Shown: one piece after another, positions 36,406 through 45,317 of the stretch | How the letters are laid out: each line of letters starts with the position of its first letter | Numbering within the stretch: the stretch's first letter is position 1 | Assembly: GCA_027490055.1 (NCBI GenBank) | Contig: JAIXYV010000052.1 | Coordinates: 10,193 to 74,192, forward strand | Source: Bacteroidota bacterium | GTDB lineage: Bacteria > Bacteroidota > Bacteroidia > NS11-12g > UBA955 | Direction of reading: 5' to 3' | Length of the DNA: 64,000 nucleotides | Position numbers and translations under genes: made by a program | The notes under the pieces: generated by a model | Database searches by the model: none | What the model saw: the letters and a program-made list of their open reading frames with translations, nothing else | Told to the model about the DNA's origin: nothing

Positions 36406-38046
36406 ATGTTTTCTAAGAAAAAAATTCTTATCCTGTCTGCCATACTGATGGTTCTGTTTGCCTTTAAACAAGCTGATGAATACTTCGAAATCAGCAAGAA
36501 TCTGGAAATATTCAGCACCGTTTATAAAACCGTTAACAGCGAATACGTCGATGAGGTTAATCCAGGTGATCTGATGAAAAAAGGCATAGATGCTATGCTG
36601 GCTTCCCTTGATCCATACACCAATTTCTACAACGAGTCTCAGGCCGAAGATGCCATGATTATGCAAAGCGGCGAGTACGGCGGAATTGGCTGCAATAGCC
36701 GTAGAATAGGAGATTATAATGTCATCACCAATGTCAGAAAAGGTTTGCCTGCCGATAAAGCTGGTATGCGTATTGGCGATAAAATAGTAGAAGTAAATGG
36801 TAAGAATTTCAAAGGAAAATCAAATGATGAAGTGGGCGAAGCTCTGAAAGGTGCTCCGCTTTCTAAAGTTAATGTCACTGTGGACAGACAAGGGGTAATG
36901 GTTCCACTGACCATAGAAAGACAAGAAATCAAACTAAAAAATGTAACATACTACGGAATTATCAATCCAACTACCGGATACATCAGACTCGACCATTTTA
37001 TGCATGGCGCTTCGTTTGAAGTTAAGGATGCCTTATTGAAAATGAAAACTCAGGGGATCAAAAATGTGGTGCTGGATCTAAGAGATAATGGAGGTGGTTT
37101 GCTGCACGAAGCGGTTAATATCGTGAACATTTTTGTCGGTGCTGATCAATCTGTAGTGGTTTCTAAAGGTCGCTCCAATAACGCCTTCAAAGACTACAAA
37201 ACACTAGACCCGGCAACAGATGCCAATATCCCATTAGTGGTACTTGTAAATGAAAGATCTGCCTCTGCCAGTGAAATAGTTTGTGGTGCAATTCAGGATT
37301 TCGACCGAGGTGTTATCATCGGCAGAAATACCTTCGGAAAAGGTTTAGTTCAGAATGTTATTCCGCTCACCTACCGAACTCAGATGAAAGTGACTATTGC
37401 CAAATACTATATCCCATCAGGAAGATGTATACAGCTCTTAGATTACGCTAAAAGAAATCCTGATGGCTCACCTTCAATACTTGCTGATAGTCTCCGTAAA
37501 AAATTCAAAACTAAAAATGGCAGAATAGTCATGGATGGTGGCGGTGTCAGACCCGATATCACCGTTGAGAAAAAGAAATTACCTAACATCATCGAAGGTC
37601 TTGAAAAAAGTAACCTCATCTTTGGCTTTGCTAACCAATACCGCAACCAGCACGAATCTATAGGCAACATTGAAACCTTTAAAATCGATGAGGCTACTTT
37701 CGAAGCCTTTAAAACCTATGTCGGTACTCAGGCTTTCACCCATCAGAATGCCAGTGAAATCGCTCTTGCACAACTGAAAGACAAGCTGAAAGATGATAAT
37801 TACAACACAGCGCTTAAATCAGAAATTGAAGCGCTGGAAGCGGCTTTGAAAAAATCAAAAAATGCTGAAATTGATGCTGCAAAAACTGATATTATGAAAG
37901 CATTGCAAGTCGAAATTGCACGCAGATATTATTACGAAGAAGCTGAGTACCTAATTAGTTTTACTAATAATCCGGATATTCTCAAAGCCATTGAAATATT
38001 GAATGATAATAACTCCTATAAAACCATCATAGGCAATCAGAAATAA
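36406..38046 (+). CDS. S41 family C-terminal processing peptidase (PDZ-containing)
   Basis: 546 aa. It has a PDZ block (GDKIVEVNG), the catalytic context NERSASASEI, and a downstream Lys region. Confidence 0.88.
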   Translation: MFSKKKILILSAILMVLFAFKQADEYFEISKNLEIFSTVYKTVNSEYVDEVNPGDLMKKGIDAMLASLDPYTNFYNESQAEDAMIMQSGEYGGIGCNSRRIGDYNVITNVRKGLPADKAGMRIGDKIVEVNGKNFKGKSNDEVGEALKGAPLSKVNVTVDRQGVMVPLTIERQEIKLKNVTYYGIINPTTGYIRLDHFMHGASFEVKDALLKMKTQGIKNVVLDLRDNGGGLLHEAVNIVNIFVGADQSVVVSKGRSNNAFKDYKTLDPATDANIPLVVLVNERSASASEIVCGAIQDFDRGVIIGRNTFGKGLVQNVIPLTYRTQMKVTIAKYYIPSGRCIQLLDYAKRNPDGSPSILADSLRKKFKTKNGRIVMDGGGVRPDITVEKKKLPNIIEGLEKSNLIFGFANQYRNQHESIGNIETFKIDEATFEAFKTYVGTQAFTHQNASEIALAQLKDKLKDDNYNTALKSEIEALEAALKKSKNAEIDAAKTDIMKALQVEIARRYYYEEAEYLISFTNNPDILKAIEILNDNNSYKTIIGNQK

Positions 38047-38047
38047 T

Positions 38048-38869
38048 ATGGATTATCTGCATCTTATAATTTTCATTTTAGCAGGTGCTTTTGGTGGCTT
38101 TATGGCTGGCATGCTGGGAGTTGGTGGCGGTATCGTCTTTATTCCCATCATTCAGGAAATTGTAAGGTTCTCGGCATTAGAAGAAGAAAAAGCCTTCTAC
38201 GTTCTGGCCAATAGTCTGGCTATCGTTCTTGTTGTTGGTATTAGCGGCACGATTAAACAACTCAAACTTAAAAATACCAATATCAAAGCAGCCCTTGTAA
38301 CGGGTGCTTTTGCTATCCTGTCATCTGTTTCACTTTCGCTAATTCTTAAACACTATCACATCAATAATCAAAAAATGTTTAATTACATTTTTGCTGTAAT
38401 TCTCATCATAACAGCCATAAGAATGTGGATGACTAAAAGAAATCAAAAGAAGAAAAAGACCGACGATACTATCAACTTGCCACAATTAACAGCCTTTATT
38501 CCCGCTGGTTTCATTGCAGGCTTAGTAACCGCAATTACCGGACTCGGTGGTGGGGTAGTGATGGTGCCCTATTTTAACAAAGTGCTTAAACTGCCTATTA
38601 AATTTTCAACTGGATTATCCCTTTCGGTTATCCCTTTAATCGCAGCGCCGCTTCTGGTCTTTTACATGATTAATACGCCGCTAAAAGAAGTATATCCAGG
38701 CGCTCAAACAGGTTATATCATGTGGATGGCCATACTGCCTATAACAATAGCTGCCGGACTGGCTTCGCCGCTGGGCGTGAAGGTGGCTAACAAAATTTCA
38801 AATGATACACTTCTTGGCATATTCCTTGCCTTTATCCTCATTAATTTAACCAAAATATTACTTTTCTAA
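38048..38869 (+). CDS. TauE/SafE family anion exporter-like membrane protein
   Basis: 273 aa with about 8 TM segments and duplicated GxGGG motifs (GMLGVGGGIV, GLGGGVVMVP). Confidence 0.8.
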   Translation: MDYLHLIIFILAGAFGGFMAGMLGVGGGIVFIPIIQEIVRFSALEEEKAFYVLANSLAIVLVVGISGTIKQLKLKNTNIKAALVTGAFAILSSVSLSLILKHYHINNQKMFNYIFAVILIITAIRMWMTKRNQKKKKTDDTINLPQLTAFIPAGFIAGLVTAITGLGGGVVMVPYFNKVLKLPIKFSTGLSLSVIPLIAAPLLVFYMINTPLKEVYPGAQTGYIMWMAILPITIAAGLASPLGVKVANKISNDTLLGIFLAFILINLTKILLF

Positions 38870-39261
38870 TGATATTATCTACCCTAAAAAACAGTTTCTT
38901 TTTACTGGCTTTCATTGGCCTTACTGGTTTTACATCAGTCAAACAAAACCCTATTACTATCACCATTCAAACACCTTTCGAAAACAGCAGTGTTAAAATG
39001 GGTGATACCGTATTTATTAAAGCCAGCGTGTCTGCAGATGCGCCACTACACGATATCTCTATAAAAGTTAAAACCGCTGATAATACTATCATTGCCTATA
39101 CTGAAAACATCCATACCCACGACAATAAATTGGATATAAACAAAAACTATATTCAGACAATAAAATATAAGACTGAGCTAATTCTGGAAATCTCCAGCAG
39201 AGACCATTCTGGCAATATTATAGCCACCAGCTCAAGAAAATTCTACAGCGATAAAAAGTAA
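38869..39261 (+). CDS. Hypothetical secreted protein
   Basis: 130 aa with a signal-like N-terminus. It has a TAATG overlap with the upstream gene. Confidence 0.5.
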   Translation: MILSTLKNSFFLLAFIGLTGFTSVKQNPITITIQTPFENSSVKMGDTVFIKASVSADAPLHDISIKVKTADNTIIAYTENIHTHDNKLDINKNYIQTIKYKTELILEISSRDHSGNIIATSSRKFYSDKK

Positions 39262-39265
39262 TTGA

Positions 39266-40861
39266 CTATTTCTTTTTAGTCGGCTTTTTTGAAGCCTTTT
39301 TAGCTGGCTTTGCCGACTTTACAGGCTTAGCAATAACAACAGGTGCAACGATAACTGCTCGTTCTAAAAACTGCTCTTTTTTAGGCACTAACTGAACCCT
39401 CCAGTTAAGTCCTGTTAAATATTTTTCTGATTCTGGAAATTGTAATAGCGGATACATTTTCCCTTCAGGCTGAACATAAAATTTAATGGCTTTTACTTTC
39501 GATGAATCCATTAGAATCAGCATCTTTCCGCATGCCACTTTATTAACTCCGGTATACTCAGCAGAGTCAGTTTCATTATCTCGTGAGTAATAGATGCTTT
39601 CTGCATTGCCTTCTACCTGCACAGACTTAAGGGCATTGCTGTCAAATCTATTAATCATCTCCTTCCCTGAAATCTGATTGTATGACCCTGTCTTCACTTC
39701 TGAAGCCAGAAAGGCGTTTTCAGATACTCTAAGTGTATTGATTTTACTGTTCTTGAGAAAAATATACATGGTATCTCCACTGATCTGATTTTTACCATTC
39801 CATAAAATCGGATCATTGAATAAACTTATTGTCGAATCGTTAAAAGCATATTCCAATGAATCACAAACACCCTGCAATTCCTTCTGGTAAACAGAGGCCT
39901 TTTTGTAGGCACGCATGCGCTTGTCTAAAGAATCATTCTTAAAATAAAAGGTCTCTGCCATGACGTACAAGGTGTCTTTGTCTTTGGCTTGCATAGCCAT
40001 TGGTGCTACAGTGACATAACTTTCATTGGTTTTCTGAAAATATTCCCCTTTCTGACCATAAACGGTAAACGACTCCGAAGAATCGCACAACCTGATATTG
40101 CCTATGCCCCTGCCGTAACCTTGTTTTCTATCGTAATAAAAACTATCCGCAATGATACTGGACTTCTTACTGTGTATCTGAGCCCCTTTATTGAACTCAG
40201 CTTTTTCACTGATGGTGTTATACCAGCCGCTGTTGCAGACAATTGTATTCTCTTTGGAGACAATTCTGGTCGGACCAAAGAAATACGCGGTGCGGGTTGA
40301 TGCGTAGTAATCAAGTGTGTCGCTGCTCATAGTATAATCAGGACTTTTTAACAACACTTTATCTTTGAAATTGAAAATATTACTGCGTCTGTTGTAATAC
40401 CCTTTGCGACTCTTCAAGGTGTTTTGTTCGTTAAGGATATCTGCCCCTTTAGTGTAATACCCTACCTGATTTTTAATATTATACTGCAGTTCTGTAGACA
40501 GCAAGGTCATATTCTGATCTTGCAAAATCACATTTTTACCCGTTACCATAGCGGTCTTGTCTGCCTCTGTATAACGCAAATAGTCGCCGCCAGATAATGT
40601 GAATGTGTCTGGCTGATAAATATAAATATGGCCAAATCCTTCTATGATACCTTCATTGCCCTTTCTGATTGCTGAATCGCATTGAATAACTACACCATCG
40701 TGTTTGATGACCACGTTTCCTACAATGTAAGTGTAATTTTTTTTCTGATCAACGGTCAACTTTTCCCCACCAGTAATTTCGACATCAGTTTGCGCAGATG
40801 CTGTAATGGCAAGCATCATCAACATCCCTAAAACCTTCTTTTTAAATCCGTCCAATGTCAT
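39266..40861 (-). CDS. OstA/LptA-like repeat protein (periplasmic)
   Basis: The start is set at MTLDGFKKKVLGMLMMLAITASAQ (signal peptide). The body has repeated beta-jellyroll OstA-like segments, and the C-terminus is a Lys/Pro-rich tail. Confidence 0.6.
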   Translation of the reverse strand: MTLDGFKKKVLGMLMMLAITASAQTDVEITGGEKLTVDQKKNYTYIVGNVVIKHDGVVIQCDSAIRKGNEGIIEGFGHIYIYQPDTFTLSGGDYLRYTEADKTAMVTGKNVILQDQNMTLLSTELQYNIKNQVGYYTKGADILNEQNTLKSRKGYYNRRSNIFNFKDKVLLKSPDYTMSSDTLDYYASTRTAYFFGPTRIVSKENTIVCNSGWYNTISEKAEFNKGAQIHSKKSSIIADSFYYDRKQGYGRGIGNIRLCDSSESFTVYGQKGEYFQKTNESYVTVAPMAMQAKDKDTLYVMAETFYFKNDSLDKRMRAYKKASVYQKELQGVCDSLEYAFNDSTISLFNDPILWNGKNQISGDTMYIFLKNSKINTLRVSENAFLASEVKTGSYNQISGKEMINRFDSNALKSVQVEGNAESIYYSRDNETDSAEYTGVNKVACGKMLILMDSSKVKAIKFYVQPEGKMYPLLQFPESEKYLTGLNWRVQLVPKKEQFLERAVIVAPVVIAKPVKSAKPAKKASKKPTKKK

Positions 40862-40887
40862 TGTAATCGTATAATTCCTGATTTGCT

Positions 40888-40895
40888 TACCTTTG
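40888..40895 (+). promoter_or_regulatory. TAnnTTTG -7 box (TACCTTTG) 14 nt upstream of the tilS ATG
   Basis: Exact motif. It sits back-to-back (1 nt apart) with the divergent box at 40897..40904. Confidence 0.5.
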
Positions 40896-40896
40896 T

Positions 40897-40904
40897 CAAA
40901 AGTA
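40897..40904 (-). promoter_or_regulatory. TAnnTTTG -7 box (TACTTTTG) for the OstA-like gene
   Basis: Exact motif on the minus strand, 35 nt before ATG 40861. Confidence 0.5.
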
Positions 40905-40909
40905 ATGCC

Positions 40910-42271
40910 ATGGTTTCTGAATTCGAGCATTTTATTAAAAAAAACACACTTTTCAAGCGCAAACATAAGCTATTACTAGCTTTGAGTGGCGGTATTGACA
41001 GTGTTTGTCTTTTTCATTTATTGCTTCAGTCTGGCTACAATTTCTCTGTTGCCCACTGTAATTTTGGATTAAGAGCCAAGGAAAGCGACAAGGACGAACA
41101 ATTCGTCAAAGCACTTGCTGATAAATATAAAATTACCTGCCACATTACTCGCTTTGACACACAAAGTATTTCTGAAAAAAACAAAACCGGTATCCAAGAA
41201 ACTGCCAGACATCTCAGATATACCTGGTTTGATTCTCTGATCTCAGAACATCAATATGATAAACTGCTAACTGCTCATCATCTGGGTGACAATACCGAAA
41301 CCATGCTGATTAATTTAATCCGCTCTACAGGTATTAGCGGTTTGCATGGTATAACCCTCAACAGTGAGCGCGTATGCCGACCAATGTTGTTTACCACACG
41401 TACTGAGATTGTCTCTTACATCAAGAAAAACAAACTAAAATTCAGAGAAGATAGCAGCAATCAAAGCGACTATTACTTAAGAAATGCCATCAGACACCAT
41501 GTGGTGCCCGAACTGCTCAAAATTGAGACTCAGGCTGATCAATCTTTCTTTAAATCCAGTCAGGAAATAGCAGAATTTGAAAGCATGTCCCGCATGCTCA
41601 TGAAAGAAAAATGGGAAAGCATCTGTACCCAAAAAAATCAGGCGCTCTTTATTTCTGATGAGATATTTAATCTGCCTGTAGAGATCTTCCCGGCGCTACT
41701 CTTCTATCAGCTTAAACCATATGGTTTCACCAGAACACAAACGGATGCCATTGCCAATGCCTCATCTGCTAATCCCGGGTTCAGTCAATATTCTGCCAAT
41801 TGGGAAATTATCCGAGAAAGGAAGGGCTTCATGCTTCAGAAAAAACAAGTAGCCGAAAAAATTTTTAAAAAAATTACGCCAAAAACTAAAAAAGTAGTTC
41901 TGAAAAGACTAACGGTTGATTTTCATCGTATTGACAAAAAAGAGGTAAAACTTGGTCAATCTGATTGTCTATTTTTGGACGCAGGTAAAATCGCTTACCC
42001 TTTATTGATTAGAAACTGGGCATCTGGCGATAAAATTCAGGCGCTTGGTATGAAAGGCAGGAAAAATGTCTCTGATATTCTGACAGATAAGAAAATACCC
42101 CACTCTGAAAGAGATCATCAACTTGTTTTGGAAGATGCCAATGGAATTTTGCTTTCTGTTTTGCCAAATATTGTGTCAGAGACCTGTAAACTGGACGCTC
42201 AAAGCACAGTGGTTTTGCGTATTCACCTGAATCCCGCTAAATTTGTGAATCCAATTACAATTGATCAATGA
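40910..42271 (+). CDS. tilS: tRNA(Ile)-lysidine synthase
   Basis: It has the PP-loop LLALSGGIDSV and a TilS C-terminal domain. The start is set at ATG MVSEFEHF..., downstream of the promoter box. Confidence 0.85.
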   Translation: MVSEFEHFIKKNTLFKRKHKLLLALSGGIDSVCLFHLLLQSGYNFSVAHCNFGLRAKESDKDEQFVKALADKYKITCHITRFDTQSISEKNKTGIQETARHLRYTWFDSLISEHQYDKLLTAHHLGDNTETMLINLIRSTGISGLHGITLNSERVCRPMLFTTRTEIVSYIKKNKLKFREDSSNQSDYYLRNAIRHHVVPELLKIETQADQSFFKSSQEIAEFESMSRMLMKEKWESICTQKNQALFISDEIFNLPVEIFPALLFYQLKPYGFTRTQTDAIANASSANPGFSQYSANWEIIRERKGFMLQKKQVAEKIFKKITPKTKKVVLKRLTVDFHRIDKKEVKLGQSDCLFLDAGKIAYPLLIRNWASGDKIQALGMKGRKNVSDILTDKKIPHSERDHQLVLEDANGILLSVLPNIVSETCKLDAQSTVVLRIHLNPAKFVNPITIDQ

Positions 42272-43785
42272 AAAGACCTCTAAATCTACTAATTCTACTA
42301 ACACTTTTTTCTTTCTCTAAACTTTATTCTGAATGTGTCCTGGTTCCTCTAAGTCTGCAGGAACGTGTCAACGCCTCAAGCCTAGTTGTTGAAGGTATTG
42401 TGCAATCAAAATCCTGCCACTGGAACAGTGATCAGACCATGATTTATACTAAAAACACTTTTCAGATTTCGAAAATATTTAAAGGTAGCCAACTCATATC
42501 CACCTATACTATAGATGTTATCACAATGGGCGGTGCCATCGGTACTAAAGCTGTAAAAGTTGAACCAGAACTGGAACTGGAAACTGGTGATATCGGAATT
42601 CTAATGCTGGTTCAAAAAAACGGCGAATGGGTGCCAGAAAGCGGACCACAAGGCTTTGTTAAAATTGACAAACACACCATAGAATCGTCTGATGTTTTTA
42701 ACACCTATGCAGCACATTCGATTGAACCGCTCATAGTAAGTTATACCAAACAAAACATTGTTACCATCAATGCTCAACTAACGAATGTAACGATTAATTC
42801 TAAAAGAGCTGCACCAAGCATTAGCTCTATCTCTCCAAATACCATCAATGCAGGTACTTCGAGCGTGCTAACTATTAAAGGTACAAACTTTAATGCGACC
42901 ATTGATACGAGTTCTGTTCAGTTTAAAAATGGTGATGATGGCGGACTTAGCTTTATTAAAGCGCTTAAAAGAGACTATATTTCATGGTCAGATACCATGA
43001 TCAAAGTAATGGTCAGAACAAAAGCGGGCACTGGTAAAATTCGTGTTGTAATTGCTGGTAACGGTATTGCCAATTCAACCGATACACTCAAAATTCCATA
43101 CGCCCATTTAAATGTGGTAAGTGGTGATACCATCTCTTATGAAACTAAAGAAATAGGCATGAATTCCAGCAATGGCATTACCTGGAAAATGAATAAGCGC
43201 TTTTATGATTCTTCGGGAGCAAGAGGGGCCTTTATCAGAAGTCTTGAACGCTGGAGATGCGGCACCTATATCAACTGGGATACCCTTGGTCGCCTTAATC
43301 ACAGTGCCATCAAATCTGATGGTGTAAACATGTGCGCCTGGGATACCAGTTCTAGTATGCCAAGTGGTGTGTTAGCGCAATGCTTTAGCTACTGGTCAGG
43401 TTGCTTTAATCCTAACCTGCAATGGTTCGTTAACGAACTGGATATTCGCTTCAGACTAAAACCAACCAATTCTACCAATTGGAATTATACCACTGGTAAC
43501 GCCACCAGTACTCAGTTCCATTTTGAATCTGTAGCCACACACGAACTAGGCCATGGTCACCAACTCGGTCACGTTATCAATAGTGCAGTAGTCATGCACT
43601 TTGCTATTGCAAATGGGCAAACAAAACCTGGCTTGTCTTCCAATGATGTTGCCGGTGGTACCTATGTCATTAATAAAAGTGGAAGTTCTGTCTGTGGCAA
43701 AAATGCACATGCTAAACTAAACTCAAACAACTGTGCCATCGTTGCTCCAGCATCTAATTTTACAATGAACTCTGCAGTAATATGA
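42268..43785 (+). CDS. Secreted metzincin-type zinc metalloprotease, N-terminal fragment of an interrupted T9SS cargo gene
   Basis: 505 aa. It has a signal peptide, an IPT/TIG-like segment (PSISSISPNTINAGTSSVLTIKGTNF) and the zinc site HELGHGHQLGH. It ends at a TGA inside a PKD-like module. Confidence 0.7.
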   Translation: MKRPLNLLILLTLFSFSKLYSECVLVPLSLQERVNASSLVVEGIVQSKSCHWNSDQTMIYTKNTFQISKIFKGSQLISTYTIDVITMGGAIGTKAVKVEPELELETGDIGILMLVQKNGEWVPESGPQGFVKIDKHTIESSDVFNTYAAHSIEPLIVSYTKQNIVTINAQLTNVTINSKRAAPSISSISPNTINAGTSSVLTIKGTNFNATIDTSSVQFKNGDDGGLSFIKALKRDYISWSDTMIKVMVRTKAGTGKIRVVIAGNGIANSTDTLKIPYAHLNVVSGDTISYETKEIGMNSSNGITWKMNKRFYDSSGARGAFIRSLERWRCGTYINWDTLGRLNHSAIKSDGVNMCAWDTSSSMPSGVLAQCFSYWSGCFNPNLQWFVNELDIRFRLKPTNSTNWNYTTGNATSTQFHFESVATHELGHGHQLGHVINSAVVMHFAIANGQTKPGLSSNDVAGGTYVINKSGSSVCGKNAHAKLNSNNCAIVAPASNFTMNSAVI

Positions 43786-44700
43786 AAAAATGGCACTCTT
43801 ACTTTCACAGATTCATCGATGGGAAATATCTCTGCCTATGCCTGGAATTTTGGTGCTAACGCGACGCCTTCCAGCGCCAGCACAAAAGGTCCGCATACCG
43901 TTACCTACTCTGCCGGCGGTAATAAATCTGTTAGCTTAACGATAACAACTTTAACAGGTAATATTCAGAAAACTAAAAACCTCTTGGTGCAGAACGATGC
44001 TAAACTCATTCCTGCATTCTCTTATGCTGCCGCAGAAAAAGGTATCGTCAGCTTTACCAATCAATCTAATAACCCTAGCAGCTCTATCTGGTATTTCGGT
44101 GATGGCGATTCGTCACTGGCCGCAAATCCTACCCATCAATATGCCTTCTCTGGAGTTTATCCAGTCAAACTAATTACGCAGAATACGTGTAACACTGATG
44201 ATACCCTAAGAAATATCACCTTTGCGTATCTGAACTTCGGGGCTTCAAAGTCATCTGTCTGTATCAACGAACCCGTTTTCTATGTTGACTCTTCAACGAA
44301 TGCTACTGCATGGCAATGGTCATTCCCTAACGGGACACCTGCCTCTGCAACAGGAAAAGGTCCGCATAAAGTAACTTATTCTACCAGTGGTAATCAGTCT
44401 GCAGCACTGCAAGTGAGTGTCTCAGGTTCTTCAAATCAATCATACCCTCGCAACAGCGTTGTGTCAGTAGGTACCGATACCTTTACTAAAGCAAGCTTTA
44501 TTTATGGTTATTACGGAAAGAATATTGTTGGTTTCGATAACCAGTCTGGTGGTTCTGGCATGAGCTACAAGTGGTACTTCGGAGATGGTGATAGCAGTAC
44601 CCTTAAAAATCCAGTTCATACCTACACCAATGCCAGCAATAAAATAGTTAAATTAGTCGTTACAGGTAATTGTAACACCGATGATACAACTATAACGATG
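43750..44700 (+). repeat. Four tandem PKD-like coding modules in an A-B-A-B pattern
   Basis: A-type modules: ..AWNFGANATPSSASTKGPHTVTYS.. and ..WQWSFPNGTPASATGKGPHKVTYS... B-type modules: WYFGDGDSS..P.H.Y. Confidence 0.7.
43783..43785 (+). other. In-frame TGA interrupting one long reading frame (42268..44967)
   Basis: Both flanking ORFs are in the same frame, and only this stop separates them. It aligns with a Cys codon (TGT 44260-44262) of the paralogous repeat. Confidence 0.85.
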
Positions 44701-44967
44701 AGAGACTTTACAGGAATAGAAGGCATTAATTCTGGTGTCTTGTTTTCTGTGTCTCCAAACCCAGCTAAAGACCAGTTTAAAGTCGTAACAGATATTCAAC
44801 TGCCTTTGACATATTCTATTTTTGATATCAGCGGAAAAGCAGTGGCTAACGGTAAAACAAGTAACGGTGAATTCATCTCAACTCAAAATCTGGCTGATGG
44901 TATCTATACCCTTAAGCTCAGTTTCGGAGATGAATCTACTGCACTGAAATTAATCGTTCAACATTAA
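43819..44967 (+). CDS. PKD-repeat / T9SS C-terminal-domain fragment (C-terminal part of the interrupted gene)
   Basis: 382 aa from the first ATG, with no signal peptide. It has PKD-like modules (WYFGDGDSS...NPTHQY, twice) and a T9SS CTD (FSVSPNPAKDQFKV...LKLIV). Confidence 0.65.
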   Translation: MGNISAYAWNFGANATPSSASTKGPHTVTYSAGGNKSVSLTITTLTGNIQKTKNLLVQNDAKLIPAFSYAAAEKGIVSFTNQSNNPSSSIWYFGDGDSSLAANPTHQYAFSGVYPVKLITQNTCNTDDTLRNITFAYLNFGASKSSVCINEPVFYVDSSTNATAWQWSFPNGTPASATGKGPHKVTYSTSGNQSAALQVSVSGSSNQSYPRNSVVSVGTDTFTKASFIYGYYGKNIVGFDNQSGGSGMSYKWYFGDGDSSTLKNPVHTYTNASNKIVKLVVTGNCNTDDTTITMRDFTGIEGINSGVLFSVSPNPAKDQFKVVTDIQLPLTYSIFDISGKAVANGKTSNGEFISTQNLADGIYTLKLSFGDESTALKLIVQH

Positions 44968-44979
44968 AAAGATCTTTTT

Positions 44980-45022
44980 ATTACCTGCGAATTGATTTAT
45001 ATTAAATTGATTTGCAGGTAAT
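44980..45022 (+). terminator. Possible terminator hairpin (long loop)
   Basis: The 9-bp arms attacctgc and gcaggtaat enclose a 25-nt loop that contains the direct repeat aattgattt twice. There is no clear T-run. Confidence 0.3.
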
Positions 45023-45066
45023 TATAAAATAAAGAAAAAAAGTAAGCAATAATTGCTTAAAAAACA

Positions 45067-45074
45067 TACTTTTG
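45067..45074 (+). promoter_or_regulatory. TAnnTTTG -7 box (TACTTTTG) 20 nt upstream of ATG 45095
   Basis: Exact motif, lying inside the track ORF's spurious N-terminal extension. Confidence 0.5.
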
Positions 45075-45094
45075 CAAAAAATAGAATCATTACC

Positions 45095-45316
45095 ATGTAT
45101 TGGACATTAGAATTAGTATCTTATTTGGATGATGCACCTTGGCCTGCCACTAAAGACGAGTTGATAGATTATGCTATCCGTTCAGGCGCTCCAATGGAAG
45201 TTGTTGAAAATCTTCAGGAATTGGAAGACGATGGTGAGCCTTATGAAAGCATAGAAGAAATCTGGGGCGACTACCCGACAGATGACGACTACTTCTTCCA
45301 CGAAGACGAACATTAA
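45095..45316 (+). CDS. DUF2795-like small acidic protein
   Basis: 73 aa. The sequence MYWTLELVSYLDDAPWPATKDELIDYAIRSGAPMEVVENLQELED matches my recollection of the DUF2795 pattern. Confidence 0.65.
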   Translation: MYWTLELVSYLDDAPWPATKDELIDYAIRSGAPMEVVENLQELEDDGEPYESIEEIWGDYPTDDDYFFHEDEH

Positions 45317-45317
45317 T

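Noticed and set aside
43783-43850. Selenocysteine recoding of the in-frame TGA that aligns with Cys
   Set aside because: A Cys-aligned TGA is the classic Sec signature, but I could not find a stem-loop in the roughly 60 nt downstream. The site is in an extracellular PKD module rather than a redox centre. The glutathione peroxidase in this window uses Cys. This interpretation is kept only as a low-probability alternative in the finding.
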